From positions 108,874,001 through 108,938,000 of the forward strand of contig NC_086107.1 of assembly GCF_963921235.1 (NCBI RefSeq): DNA of 64,000 nucleotides, written 5' to 3'. The translations under genes were made by a program, and so were the position numbers. Shown here one piece after another: positions 24,680 to 38,440 of the stretch. Positions within the stretch are counted from its first letter, which is position 1. Each line of letters opens with the position of its first letter. Origin of the DNA: Mobula hypostoma. Its lineage: Eukaryota. The notes under the pieces were generated by a model, which made no database searches, was not told the origin of the DNA, and worked only from the letters and a program-made list of their open reading frames with translations.

Positions 24680-25329
24680 TACCCAAATTGTTATAATATC
24701 TCATATTGAATGTCTATGATGTATAATATCTACATATGTCATAGATCTACTACAAATATAGCTAAGAAATTAGACACATTACAATGGAGGCAGAACATGT
24801 CTAGAATTATACGGTTATGTTCTAGAGCAGGCATTCCGAACACGTGGTTCACAGACCTCTTGCTTAATGGTATTGGTCTATGGCTTGAAAAAGCTTGGAA
24901 ATCCCCACTCTCGAGATAATCAAAGATATTTAATATGAGATGATATAAATCTCAGTCAGAGACTAGTTTTAATGAGCATCTCAAGGGAGGAGAAAGAAAG
25001 AAGCTGAGAGTATGTTGGGGAAGAAATACCAAAGTGTAGGATCTCATCAGTTTACAGCTAATGGCTGATGGATTAACATCACAGGTGAACATCGTGCTAT
25101 AGCCAGAATTTCTTTATTCCTTTATCCACAAGATGTTGTTGTTATTAGAGATGAGCGCTAATCGACTGCAAACCTCTTATAATATACAAGAAGGTCTTTC
25201 ACCGGTCGAGTCTATACCGAGTCCCAATGGAAGGCCATAAACACCACCTGGAGGAACTTAGCAAGGCAAACAGCATCTATGGAATTCAGCAAACAGTCCA
25301 GGTTTCGGGCTGAAACCCTCCATCAGGAA

Positions 25330-25860
25330 GGATATGGAGGCTTTACTGAGGGTACAGAAGAAGTTTACCATGGTTCTGCCTGGGTTTCAGGATATGAGAA
25401 ATCAGAGGTCAGACAAACGGATTGTTTTCACTGGAGCATCAGAGACTGAGGGGAGACCTGAGAGGAATTTATAAAATTATGGAAGGCCTAGACAGGATAG
25501 ACATACAGAATCTTTTCCCCCCCAGAGTAGAAATATCAGATTCTAAAGGAGATGCGTTTAAGGTGGGGGTTGGGGGTGTGGGAATTTTAAGGAAGACGTA
25601 GATGTACAGGGCATTTTTTTTGTTTGACTTTGTGTTTACACAGACAGTGGTTGGTGCCTGTAATGGACTACCAGGAAATGCATTCCAGGCACCTACCACT
25701 CTCTAAGCAACAACAGATACTTTAAGAGGTTCTTTTTTAAAGCCAGTCAGATGAATATACAGGAGGTGGAGGGAAGAAGATCACATGCAGACAGCAGAGA
25801 ATTAATTTAATTTATCATCTTCATATTGCAGGCCGAAGGGCCGTTCCAGTGCTGTACTGT
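25330..25860 (+). mobile_element. Degenerate CR1 LINE 3' fragment
   Basis: RKDMEAL.RVQKKFT..LPG-like remnant and a CR1 tail (GGCCGAAGGGCC...GTGCTGTACTGT). Confidence 0.6.
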
Positions 25861-26929
25861 TTTGCACTCAAAATTCATAACCCTTTCCTGCTCTTTACCC
25901 CTCTAATATGCTTGGTCACTTGCCCATAAATGCCTATTTTCCCCACCACGCACCTACACAGAGTGTCGCAGGAAAGCAGCATCCATCATTACCTTGTTTA
26001 CTTACTTACTTGTTTGTTCATGAGGTTACAACACAGAATAGGCCCTTCCAGCCTCTGCTCCGAACCATTGAGCACATCTGCGTGAAATGGTGTCTCAGGA
26101 AAGCAGCATCCCACATCAGGGAACCACCCCCCACCATCCAGGTCGTGCTCTCTTCTCACTGCTGCCATCAGGAAGGTGGTGCAGGAACCCCAGGACTCAC
26201 CCCACCAGGTTCAGGAACAGTTACTGATCCTTAAGCATCAGGATCTTGAACCAAAGGGGATAACAACACTTGCCCCATCACTGAACTGTTCCCAGATCCT
26301 ACGGGCTCCCTTTCAAGGACTCTTCATCTCACATTCTCTGATCTTTATTGCTCATTCATTATTATTATTATTATTTTTCTTCTTGTATTTGCACAATTTA
26401 TTGTCCATTGCACACTGGGTTGAATTGCTGTCTTATTATGGACTTACTGAGTATGCCTGCGAGAAAATGAATCTCAAGATTGTATATGGTGACATACAAG
26501 TGCTTTGATAATAAAATTTACTTTGAACACTTAGGGTAATTCACAGTGGTCAGTCGACCTGTTGACCCACACGCCTTTGTAATATGGGAAGAAACCGGAA
26601 CATCCAGGGGAAAAACCCACACAGGGAAGACGTGCAATATGGAGATGTTCCAGGACCACTGGGCACCACAGGGGACAAATACCATCCTTGACAGGGATGA
26701 GAATGTTTTACTTTAGTTCATGTCACTGATAGTGTTAGTCATCGTTCTTGTCTCTGTGTTTGTTGTAGAATGTAATTTGTAATAAGCGTATTTTTGCAAA
26801 AAAAAAATAACAGGGAGAGCCTGCAAACTCCAAATGGACAGCAACCAAGGTTGGTATTGAACTTGCGGAGGAATTAATATTATCTTCCTTTCAAGTTCGA
26901 GTTCAGTTTATTGTCATTCAGCCATGAGG

Positions 26930-27140
26930 GGTGGCATTGTAGCATAGTGGTTCGCACAGCGCTTTACAGTACCAGCGACTGTCTTCAAAGTGTTTCTATG
27001 TTCTCCCCGTGATTGCGTGGGTTTCCTCCGGGCACTCTGGTTTCCTCCCACAGTCCAAAGACATGCCAGTTGGTAAGTTAATTGGCCATTGTAAATTGTC
27101 CTGTGATTAGTCTTGGGCCGGAAGGGCCTTCAATAAATAA
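26930..27140 (+). mobile_element. HE1-like V-SINE
   Basis: tRNA-like head plus V-domain. Confidence 0.7.
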
Positions 27141-28469
27141 ATCACCAGACAATGTTCCTCTGGACCAAGGTGCACAACACAGTACATACAACTCACACAC
27201 AAAGCCATATTAGCACAAATAAATTAACAAATAATAAGGTGCAGTTAGGACACAAGTTAAAAAGTAAACAGTATAATGCACTATTGGTACTTCATAAGTA
27301 ATGAGACCTGGGAGGTAACAGGGAGTTCAGTACTCTTAGAGACTGGGGGAAGAAGCTGTTTCCCATCCTAACAGTTCTTGTTCTAACGCTGTGGTATCTC
27401 CTGCCTGATGGTAGGGGGTCAGAGAGACTGTTGGACAGATGGGAGGGATCATTGACAATGCTATGAGCCCTGCATATGCAGTGCTCCTGATAAATATGTC
27501 TGTGTGCTGAACTGAGGACAAATCTTCCCTAGTTTACAATTGCATAGGATGGATTTTCCCGCCACTGCGGGGTGCAGACATCTTTTACTGTGCGGGAACT
27601 CAGTTCACAGACACAGTTGGGAGGCTTTTAGATAGACCCGTGAGCACATCGATCACTTGCAGAGGTATGGAACTGGCTTCATTCAGCATCGTGCTCAGCT
27701 CAGACCATAAGCCACAGGAGCATAATTAGGCTATTTGACCCATTGAATCTTCTCTGCTATTCAACCATGGCTGTTTTTTTTTTCTCGTGTCCATTCGAGG
27801 AGCAATTTCTTTAGCCAGATGGAGGTGAATCTGTGGAATTCATTGCCACTGGCAGCTGTGGAAGCCAAGTCATTGGGCATATTTGGGGTGGAGGCTGACA
27901 GGTTCTTGATTAGTCTGGGCATCAAAGGTTATGTGGAGAAGAAAGAAGAATGGGGTTGAGAGGGATACTAAATCAGCAATGATCAAATGACAGCAGACAC
28001 AATGGGCTGAATGGCCTAGCCCTGCTCCTAAAAACAATACAGAGGAACAGCATCTGACAATACCTGGGGAGGACCTGTCGACTTCTGGGAAGTTTCAAAG
28101 AGAGCCGATGGCTTTGAGTGTCGTAAATAGACCAGACCAAACAGAGGATATTCCTTCCTATTCCTTCCCAGGGTTTTACAGCAACCAGACAGCTTTATAC
28201 TCACCAATACTGAAAGCACTTACTTTAAATTACAGGCTTATTAATTACTGGAATTTAAATTTCCCCAAGCGCTGGTGAGATTTGGACTCGCATCTCTACA
28301 TCAATTGTTCTGGTTGCTGGTCACCGTGCCATCAGAGCCCGCACAATCATTTTGCAGGGGATCCAGTAGTCAGTGTGAAGTTTGACATGCAAGGCCAATT
28401 AATGAGCAGGGCAAGGCAATGGAACCTGAAGATGCAGATGACTGAAAGTAACCACCAGATAAAGAGGTC

Positions 28470-29050
28470 GGACATAGGAGCAGAATTAGGCCATTCAGCC
28501 CATTGAGTCTGCTCTGCCGTTCCAACAAGGCTGATTTATTATTCCTCTCAACCTCATTCTCCTGCCTTCTCTAAGTAACCCTTGATGCCCTGACTAATAA
28601 GGAACCTATCAATCTCCACTTTAAATATGTACAATGACCTGCCCTACACAGCCATCCGTGGCCACAGATTCACTATCCTCCAGCTAAAGAAATTTCTCCT
28701 AATCTCTGTTCCAGATGGACGTCCCTCTAATCTGAGGCTGTGCCCTCTGGTCCTAGACCCACCTACCATAGGAAACATCCTCCCCACATCCACTCTATCT
28801 AAGCCTTTCAATAATCAAAGGGTTTCAATGAGATCCCCACTCATTCTTCTGCACTCCAGCGAGATATCAAAGCTATCAAATGATCCTCAAACATTAAACT
28901 TCTCATTCCTCTGAACATTCTCATGAACTCCTCTGGATCCTCTCCAATGCCATCACACCATTTCTCAGAAAAGGGACCCATAACTGCTCACAATATACCA
29001 AGTGCTGTCCATCCAATGCCTTATAAAGCCTCAACATAACATCCTTCCTC
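28470..29050 (-). mobile_element. CR1 LINE 3' fragment
   Basis: Matches the CR1 3' module on the minus strand. Confidence 0.7.
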
Positions 29051-30789
29051 TCATCTTCACCCTCTCAGACTGCAGGGCGAATCCCACTGTATTATGATCA
29101 CTGCTTCTCAAGGATTCCTTTACCTTAAGCTCCCTAATTCAATTTGGTTCATTACACAACACCCCCAATCCAGAATTGCCTTTCCCCAGTAAGCTCAACC
29201 ATAAGCTGCTTTAAAAAGCCATCACATAGGCATTCTGCAAATTACTCCTCGGATTTTACCCCTGGACTATCGTAACATTACCCTTTTTACATGCCTTTTC
29301 CGTCTCCCATGCTAATTTGTCTCCCACATCCTGCTACTGTATATAACTCCCATCAAGGTCTTTGCAATCCTATGTCACCTCTTTCAGAAGATTTGATTTC
29401 ATCTTTTTTAAACCAACAGAGCCACCCCAAACTCCTCTGCCTACCTGCCTGTCCTTTCAATATAAGTGTACCCTTGGATGTTAAGCTATCAATTATGATC
29501 CTTTCAGCCACGACTCAGTGATGCCCATAACGTCATACGTGCCAATCTCCATCTGTGCCACAAGATCATCTACCTTATTCTGTATACTGCATGCATTCAA
29601 AGGTAACACCCCAGTCCTGTATACGTCACCCTTTTCATTTCTGCCCCCCCCATGTTACACTTCAACTCATCCCACTGACTACAATTTTGCCCCATCATCT
29701 GCCTGTCCATCTTCACAGTCTCACTACAAACTGCCTCTACTTGTATACCAGCAGCTCCATTACTCTGGTTCCCATCCCCCTGCCAAGCTAGTTTAAAGCC
29801 TCCTCGACAGCTCTAGAAAATCTGCCCACAAGGACATTGGTCCCACTCGGGTTCAGGTGTAACCAATCCTTTTTGTTCAGGTCATACCTTCCCCAGAAGA
29901 GCTCAGCCATCCAGAGATCTGAAACCCTGCCCCTCGCACCAGTTCCTCAGCCATGCACTCATCTACCAAATCATTCTATTCCTACCCTCAACTGGTGTGT
30001 GGCACTGGCAACAGTCCAGAGATTAGCACCCTAGAGGTCCTGCGTTTCAGCTCTCTGCCTAGCTCTGGATGTTCTTCATTCAGCTGGGTGAATAGGACTG
30101 CAGGATTGCTTGAGGATGAAAGGTTATTTACCACCAGAGGTCACAATACAATGATAGGAGTAATACAGCAGCTTCCACCATTAGTCCAGTCAGGGTCAAT
30201 TCTGCTTAGATGCCATCAACAAAAAACAGATTTCAGATGTGGAAACCAACACCTAGCCACTACTACACTCTGCATTCAGAAAGCCTTCCAAGGGGGAATA
30301 GGAGACCATGCCATAGGAGCAGAATTAGGCCATTTGGTCCATCGAATCTGTTCCACCATTCAACCTTGGCTGATTTATTTTCCCTCTCAACCCCATTCTC
30401 CTGCCTTCTCTCCATATCTTCTCACACCTTGACTAATCAAGAACCTATGAACCTCTGCTTTAAATAGACCCAACAACTTGGCCTCCACGGCTGTCTGTAA
30501 CAATGAATTCCACAGATTCACCACATTCTAGTTAAAGAAATTCCTCCTCATCGCTGTCCTGTTCTTGTACTCTGAGGCAACGGTACCCTCTGGTCCTAGA
30601 CTCCCCCACAAAAGGAAATATCCTCTACATGCCCATTGTTTCATTGCCTTTCAATGCATCTAGGGTATTGTGTTCAGCTGTGGATGCTTCACATCGGAAA
30701 GGAGGCAAGATCTTCGGGCGGCATTAGAGTGTGCAGTGAAAATGGTGGCAGAAGGGTTAAAGCTTGAGAGTGGGATTGTTTTCAGTTGT

Positions 30790-31285
30790 GCGGAAGGTGG
30801 AGGGAAGGAGGGAGCCTGAGAGAAAAGGAGAAAGGGAGAGGGGGGAGAGTGAGGAAGAGGAAGCACAAGAGAGAGGAGAGAAAGCATGAGAGAGAGGGGG
30901 AACGTGAGAGTTAGAGCGAGGGAGGGAACACGAGAGAGGGATACAGCATGAGAGAGAGAAAGAGGGGACAGCATGAGCGAGAGAGGGAGGAAGCGTGCGA
31001 GAGAAAGAGAAGGAATGAGTGTGCGGGAGAGAGGAGTAGGGGTGGAGAGCAAGAGAGAGGGAGTGAGGGCAAGTGAGAGAGTTGGGGGAGAAAGTGGCAG
31101 GGAGAAACGGAGTAGAAAAGTGAGCAGAAGATGGAGGGAATGTAAAAGAGTTGAGGAGCACAAAAGAGAGCGAGGCGAAGTGTGAGGGAAACATATCTAG
31201 GAGAGAAAGAATGAAAGAGAGACAGAGTGAAAGAGGGGAGAAGGAGTTCAAGAGAGTGAGGGCAAGAGAGAGAGAGGAGAGAAAA
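30790..31285. repeat. GA-rich low-complexity tract
   Basis: Directly visible. Confidence 0.85.
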
Positions 31286-32667
31286 AATCTTGTGTGAAGT
31301 TCAGTGGCAAGGACAAGCGAGTGAAGAATTGAGCGAAGAATTCAGGGATGACATCAGGAAGCTGTTCTTCACACACGGGGTCATGAAACTCTCTTAACAA
31401 ACTGTTGAGCTGGGGTTCAATAACTGATATACAGACTGAGATTGACGCACATTTGATGGTAAAGTCTATCCGGGTACTGGCCGAAATAGGTAAACTGGGT
31501 TCAAGTCATTCCCAATATAAATGGGTGGCTTGGGAGGTTGAAAGCAGGCTCACTCCAGGTTCAGGCTCTATCAATGGAAAGTGATAACTCCATGAATGTC
31601 GATTCCTTAGTTCAGACTGGGAGGCAACTATATCTGGGTACCACCTCCTGTGTGCCTGCGGTAGTCTCACTGTAATTACAAGAGCCACACAACCAGGAGT
31701 ATAAACAGCCACAAGGAAATATTAGCAGCTGTGTTGGTTATCAGTTGATGCCACAGCTCCCACAACCTGCGTAGTGACAGAACCGGCTCAGGAGGGAGGC
31801 GGGCAGAATGGAGGAGGCATTGTAGGTTTGGGCGGTGGTTTTCTCTGCTGCTACCCCTTACTGGATCCTCTCTGAAGCCAGAAGGTGGGCTAGAACCGTG
31901 GAGCATCTGCTCTTCCACCAACCTAACCCCCCAACCCTTGCCACTCTTAAAAACGGGAGCAGAAACCTGGAGAGATGAAAACAAGCAAGTTAGGAGTAAT
32001 TACCAGAGAAGACCCTTGGCGAGTGATCCTGGTGCGGGGGGATGGGTGTGATGGTTTGGTCTGGTTGAGCGGTGAGGTGCATCCTGGCATTCTGGCAGGT
32101 GGCATCTCAGCCGATAACAGGAGGGGCGATTGCCGGTGGGGACAGAATCGGCTGCTGAACTGTAGTGGTTAGCACAACCCCTTGACAGTACAGGGGAGCA
32201 GGTTCAGTTCCTGCCGCTGCTTGTTAGGAGTCTGTACGTTCTCCCCGTGACTGCATGGGTTTCCTCCCATACTCCAAAGGGGTAGGTTAATTGTAAATAG
32301 TCATATGCTTAGACAAGGGTTAAATCAGGGGACTGCTGGGCGGCGCGGCTCGAAAGGCCGGAAGCGCCTATTCGGCGCTGTATCTGAATAATGGCGGAGG
32401 ATCCAGCAAAAGTGGACTACGTGGCATCATGTGATCTGTCTGCTTACAACAAACAAGAGCATATTGAAGGGGATCACTCAGCAGAAATGGTCCTTTTTAC
32501 CGACAGGTAGGAGATAGAGATGTGCAGTGTGCAGAGGGAACTTGCCGACGTCACTGAACAGCCGATATACTTCACCGCCCGCTGCTGAAGATCTTACCTC
32601 ATGGTGAGACACACAAGGCCCATAACTTCCACTCACACCCAACAAGCAAAATTAACCTTCCCTAGTA

Positions 32668-32915
32668 AGACACACACAAAATGCTGGAGGAACTCAGCGG
32701 GTCAGGCAGCATCTATGGAGAGGAATAAAGAGCTGATGTTTCGGGCCGAGTCCCTTCATCAGCAACACAAGAGATTCTGCAGATGCTGGAAACCCAGAGT
32801 AACACTAACACATACACATTCACACACACAAAATTCTGGAGGAACTCAGCAGGTCAGGCAGCATCTACGGAAAGGAATAAAGAGTCAACAATCTGGGCTG
32901 AGGTCCTTCATCGGG
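32668..32915 (-). mobile_element. Two tandem Penelope terminal modules with degenerate hammerheads
   Basis: CACACAAAAT(G/T)CTGGAGGAACTCAGC...CTTCATC occurs twice, about 155 bp apart. Confidence 0.7.
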
Positions 32916-33619
32916 CCAATAATAGTTGCATTTGGTTCTAATCTAATGAACAACTGGACAAAATGTCAACCATGATATGCTGTTTCAAAGCTGAATCATC
33001 TGAGAGGTGGTCTTGTTTGAATTTTTTTTTAAATCACAAGTCAGCCCACCTTGTCCAGACACAGAGATACAAGAGACCACACGATTTCAGCTATCTCCTC
33101 ACCCTCTCTTGGGCTCTGTCCATGCACCCACTGACCCACCAATCAATGTATTAACAAAGCGACTGGTCCCCAGCCTGTACACCGAAACACTGCTTTGGGA
33201 TTAAATCCACTCCTTCCCAGATAACCCCTCACTCTCAGGGGCAGCTGGCAATGCCAGTGCTTGTGTTCCCCCCACCTCAAAATTGCTCGATCCAATCTGC
33301 TTACAACATGTTTAAGGTCCCCCCCCCCACCCACTCTTTCCCAAAAACTGTGTTACAGCATGAAATTTTTTCAGGAGATATGTGGAGGTAGGTTGTCGGG
33401 GTAGGAGGCTAGATTTTGGGATGGTGGGGGGGGGGAGGGAAGAAAAACAGTGGAAAAGATCCATTTCCTGAGGGCAAAAACAACAGGTTAACATACCCAA
33501 AGAAGATGGTTAAAAGATATACATTCAGGAAGACAAGGGGATGGTTTCAGTATCTGAGAGTCACAACACGGTTGATGGTGACTTTGTAAACCTTCCCCTA
33601 CAGTGGCCCTGGTTTAAAA

Positions 33620-35300
33620 AAAATCTAAATAAACACACATATATTTAATAAAATGCATGCTGGTTTATTAGAGGTAATTGCATTATATGTGCCAATGAGA
33701 TCACTAGCACACGCGTCCCCAAAACGGCAATAATACACAGAACTTAATCGGATTATCCTAATTGACATACCATCTAGACATGTTGGAAAGTTGCACCCAT
33801 TAAAAAATAAACACAAAATCAAACCAGCGCATTCCGAACGTTTAGTAAAAGCTCCGTGGCAAATGACACAGGCAAGCAGTTATATAATGGCTTGGATTTA
33901 GTATGGCTGGTGAATCATGGTTTGATGTAGACGCTACTTCAGAAATAACTCCAAAAATAATCATCTTCCTAGTTTAACAATAATCCCATTTTAACGCATT
34001 TCCCCCCCCCCCCCCTTTTTTACTCGTAGGAGATCTATTTTCATTTGGTGTTGCTGACTGATAGGTTCCCCCAAACGCGGGTCAGTTAAAATGACAGATT
34101 AACCATTTGCAAAAGCAACAAGATTTGCTTGGAAGGGTTTGCAGATGGGTTTAAATACGAGGGATACGCAAGGTTGACACTTTAACTCTGGATACGGCCG
34201 CGAAGGGCAATTCGCCAGACGTAACGAAGCAAATTGCCGAATTAAACGGTGTTTAATAGTTGGGCTAAGCGTCCGTTTTAAGAGCCCCTTGTTTTATGAT
34301 CCCACAAGTGATGTATTTCAACCTTAGTTTCACGGGTCAATGTCACGCGGTAACAAAAGCTAGCAGTAACACTTACAATCTAAAACTTTTAACATCAATA
34401 CGCTTCTTCTCCCTTGCTCCGTCCCGCTCCCCCCACGCCAAGCACAATCTTACCTTTCATTGAAGGCTTTCGCTACTGGATCACAATTCGCAGCTTAGTT
34501 TGGACGCGCAGACTTGCTCAGAAATTAGACCGGGCGGGGAAAGATGCACAGAGTCCATTCCAGGAAGACGCTCCAGCAACATTTTGGGGTATTTTTGTCT
34601 CTCTCTCTCTCTCTCTCTCGTGGTCACCGCCGTTTCTTTTGCAGCTCTCCGAGACTAAAAAAAATCCTCCTCAACCCCGTTATCTTCGCACCAAGGTGAC
34701 AGAATGTTGCCTCTTGTTAAACGAGATTTAACGCAAACGCGCACACAGAAAGCGGATAAATAAACGCAAGCGCGCCACACGCCAGAAGAAAATGTACACA
34801 CTCGCCTCGAGAACCGCAAAAAAAAACATTAAAATAAAAGAAAGAGGGATAGTCAAGAGGGAGGAAATAATCTTGCTGCGATAGCAGACTTTGGAAATTG
34901 AGTGGAGATGTTGGACTCTGTTTGTACCCCACAGTGACACCGACTGTTACAACAAGATCGCTGCAGTTACAAGGGAATGCATATTTACTGCACCTGCAAA
35001 AACACAAGGATTTTTCCAAATAAAAACTAAATATAGTTTGCTTTTAAATGGGAGTATCGTCACATTCTGGCGAGATTAAGAAAATCAGTTAAATCTCCTC
35101 GCCTTCTGCAATAAATTTAATTCTTTGGAAAATCTTCAAGATGATTTAAATGGGATTCAATGTGGAATTTATACTGAGATAATAATAAATAAAAATGTAG
35201 TCGATATTATCATTTTTGACATGGAGTGCTAATTATTCGTTAATCGTTGTGCAGAGCTGGCGTCACACATCCGTACTGTTCAGCTTTACCAGTATCGCTG
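33620..35300 (-). promoter_or_regulatory. Candidate CpG-rich promoter / non-coding first exon of the Cav3 gene (donor at 34454|34453)
   Basis: The block is repeat-free with visibly more CpG than its flanks. It contains a strong minus-strand donor, AATGAAAG|GTAAGA, about 18 kb upstream of the coding exon's acceptor. Confidence 0.45.
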
Positions 35301-35641
35301 CACTGGAGTCGGGACGCCACCAAGCCCACACCAGTTGGGATTTCTCCGTCTCCTTTCGATTTCCTCCACTTATTCCCGCCCTCTGCCTATTCCTTTAGCA
35401 CTTTCACCCCACTCCAAGTGCCCATCCTTTGTGGTCCAAGCGTGCCAATGGGGTTCCCCGTTCCATGTTTCCATCCCCACCCAAGTAAGCATCTCTTGAG
35501 GTTCAAGTCCATCACGGGGAGTTTCCCCAGTCTGCCGCACCCACGGCTGTCCTTCCCGTCCCAAGCCTGTAAAAGGGGTTCCACTCTTACCCGCTCCTTT
35601 TCTTGTCGCTTGTGATCTCGCTATTCCAACTGCCGGCCCTC

Positions 35642-36170
35642 ATACTCAGTGGCCACTTTATTAGGTACAGGAGTGGGGCACAGTGTGGTCTTCTGCTGCT
35701 GCAGCCCGTCCACTTCAAGATGTGCAATGTCGTGCATTCAGGGATTGTCTTCTACACACCACTGTTGTACCGCTTGGTTATTTGAGTTACTGTCACTTTG
35801 TGTTAGCTTATAACAGTCTGGCCGATCTCATCTGACCGCTCAATAACAAGGCATTTTCACCCACCGAACTGACACTCACTGGATATTTTTTGCACCATTC
35901 TCTGCAAACTCCAGAGACTGTTGTGCATGAAAATCCCAGGAGATCAGCAGTTTCTGAGATACTCAAACCACCCCATCTGGCACCAACAATCTTCTCACAG
36001 TCAAAGTCACTGAGATCACATTTCTTCCCCATTCCGATGTTTGGTGTGAACCTTTTGACCATGTCGGCATGCTTTTCAGCACTGAGTGGCTGCCACTTGA
36101 TTGGCTAATCAGGTATTTGCAGTAATGAACAGGTGTACATGTGAACCTAATAGAGTGGCCTCTGAGTGTA
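35642..36170 (-). mobile_element. Tc1/mariner-like non-autonomous DNA transposon
   Basis: TIRs ACTCAGTGGCCACTTTATTAGG and TAATAGAGTGGCCTCTGAGTG-TA. The internal MGKKCDLSDFD..KIVGAR.GGLSISETADLLGFS.TTVS is a Tc1 HTH N-terminus. Confidence 0.85.
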
Positions 36171-36449
36171 TGTTTCTCCCTTTATAGACTATTGGTGTTA
36201 TAGAGAGAGATATAGCAAGGGACCAGACCCTTTAACCCCCCCACGTCCACACTCCTGATCAGCCACCCACCGACACTATTCCTACATTAATCCTGTATTT
36301 GTTCCCCTCACTGTCATTAGCTACCGCAGTCCTTCTGACGAAGATACCCCTGCGGTGCTGGGATAGGAGTTCCAGGATATAAACCCAGTTGCAATGAAGA
36401 AGGCTTGATGTGTTTTCAAATCAGCATGTCTGTGGCTTTGAACAGTGAA

Positions 36450-37075
36450 CATGGAACATTACAGCACAGTGTTGTGACGAACTTTTAGCCTGTTCTGAGA
36501 TCAATTTAACCCTTCCCTCCTTCATAGCCCTCCATTTTCCATCACCCATGAGCCTATTTACGAGTTTTGTTTAATGGCCCTAATATATCTGCCTTATCTC
36601 CACCCTTGGCAGAGTCCTCCAGGCACCCACCACTTTCTGCATAAAGTCACTTACCTCCAAACATCCTCCCTCCAATCATATTAAAATTATGCCCCTTGTA
36701 TTAGCCATGTCTTTCCTGGAAAAGGTCTCTGCCTGACCTCTCGATCTATGCCTCCTATCATCTTGAACACCTCTATCAAGTCACCTCTCATCCCTCTTCA
36801 CTCCAAACAGAAAATCCCTGGTTCACTCGACCTATTCTCGTTAATACATTCCCTCTAATCCAGGCAGCGTTCTGGTAAATCTCCTCTGCACCCTCTCTAA
36901 AGTTTCCACATCTTTCCTATAACAAGCCAACAGAACACAATATTCCAAGTGTGGTCAGAGTTTTATAGAGCTGCAACATTTTCTCACAGCTCTTAAACTC
37001 AGTTCCCAGACTAATGAAGACCAAAACACTATACATCTTCTTAACAACCCTAACAACTTGCGTGGTAACTGCTGG
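36450..37075 (-). mobile_element. CR1 LINE 3' fragment
   Basis: RVVKKMYSVL.FISLG.EFKS.EKMLQLYKTL remnant. Confidence 0.7.
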
Positions 37076-38017
37076 AATCCAAAGTGAATTCTTGCACTCC
37101 AGAGGACCTGCCACATCCAACGAGCCCTCAACTTTTACAAAAGTAAATTTAAATCAGTGAGAGGGAGCCAGGTTGGCAATTTACTAATACTTAGAAACCA
37201 TGGCCGTTGACTTGTAATTGTAGTCACTCCAAGACCTTGTTGAGCAAGGAAATTCATTTCTAGCTGTTGATCATTCTCTGTAGATGTGGAAAATGCCATC
37301 CCTGTGTGAAACCTTCATCAATATTCAAAACTCACTCAACTCCCTGCCAGTGCGGTGACAGATAGTTTGCTGCAGTGGAGACTTTAGTCAAGGGCTGTCA
37401 AGTTAGAACTGACTGCTCAGGATCCCATGGACTACCAGTCTCCAAGGCCATCCATCATCAGCTGCATCCTAAAGACCATAAGATACAGGAGCTGAATTAG
37501 AACATTTGGCCCATTGAGTCTGTTCTGCCATTTCATCTAATTTTCCCTCTCAGCCCCAATCTTCTGCCTTCTCCCCATATCTCTTCATGCCCTGACCAGT
37601 CAAGAATCTATCAACCTCTGCCTCAAATATACATAAAGACTTGAACTCCACAGCTCTCTGTGGCAAAGAATCCCACAGATTCACCACTCTCTGGCTAAAG
37701 AAATTCCTCCGCATCTCCGTAAGGTTGCTACCGTAATCATAACCACTTGGCTAACTGCCTTCCTTCTTCTTCCACCTCCTTCCACTTTGCCAGATACATT
37801 TGTCCTCTGTGCTCTTTGGTTTGGTACCATCATCTGTCCAGGTTAGTTTGGTTCCTTCTCAAGGTTCAAGGAAAGTCCGTGTTATTCGGTCCAGGACCTA
37901 GCAATTGGTCCTCTTCGCTGTCCATGGAGATTAATTTTTTAAAAGAAAATGCACGATAACCGGCCCTTCCAGCTCAATGAACCCACTTTGCCCAGTTACA
38001 CCCATGTGACCAACTAA

Positions 38018-38440
38018 GGGCAGCATGGTACTGTAGTGGTTAGCACAATGCTTTACGGTACAAGTGACCCCAGTTCAATTCCCGCCACTGCCTGTAAGAA
38101 GTTTGTACGTTCTCCCCGTGACCGTGTGGGTCTTCTCCAGGTGCTCCAGTTTCCTCCCACAGTCCACAGAGGTAATTGGACATTGTAAATTGTCCTGTGA
38201 TTAGGCTAGGATTAAACTGGGCAGCACCGTTTGAAGGGCCAGAAGAGCCTATTCCAGGCTATATCTCAATAAATAAACCTACGAACTTACACGTCTTTGG
38301 AATATGGGAGGAAACGGAAGCATTCAGAGGAAAACCACAGGGTCACAGGGAAAATATACAAACTCTTTATAGGCGGAATTGAAACCTCATCGTTGGTGCT
38401 GTAATAGCATTACGCTAACTGCTACGGTACCGTGCCGCAT
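38018..38440. mobile_element. Two HE1-like V-SINEs, tail-to-tail (+ about 38018-38275; - about 38280-38440)
   Basis: tRNA-like heads and V-domains on opposite strands. Confidence 0.65.

Noticed and set aside
32585..32605. Other minus-strand donor-like sites (GAG|GTAAGA near 32597; ACG|GTAAAG near 20216)
   Set aside because: Isolated donor matches without supporting exon evidence are expected by chance.
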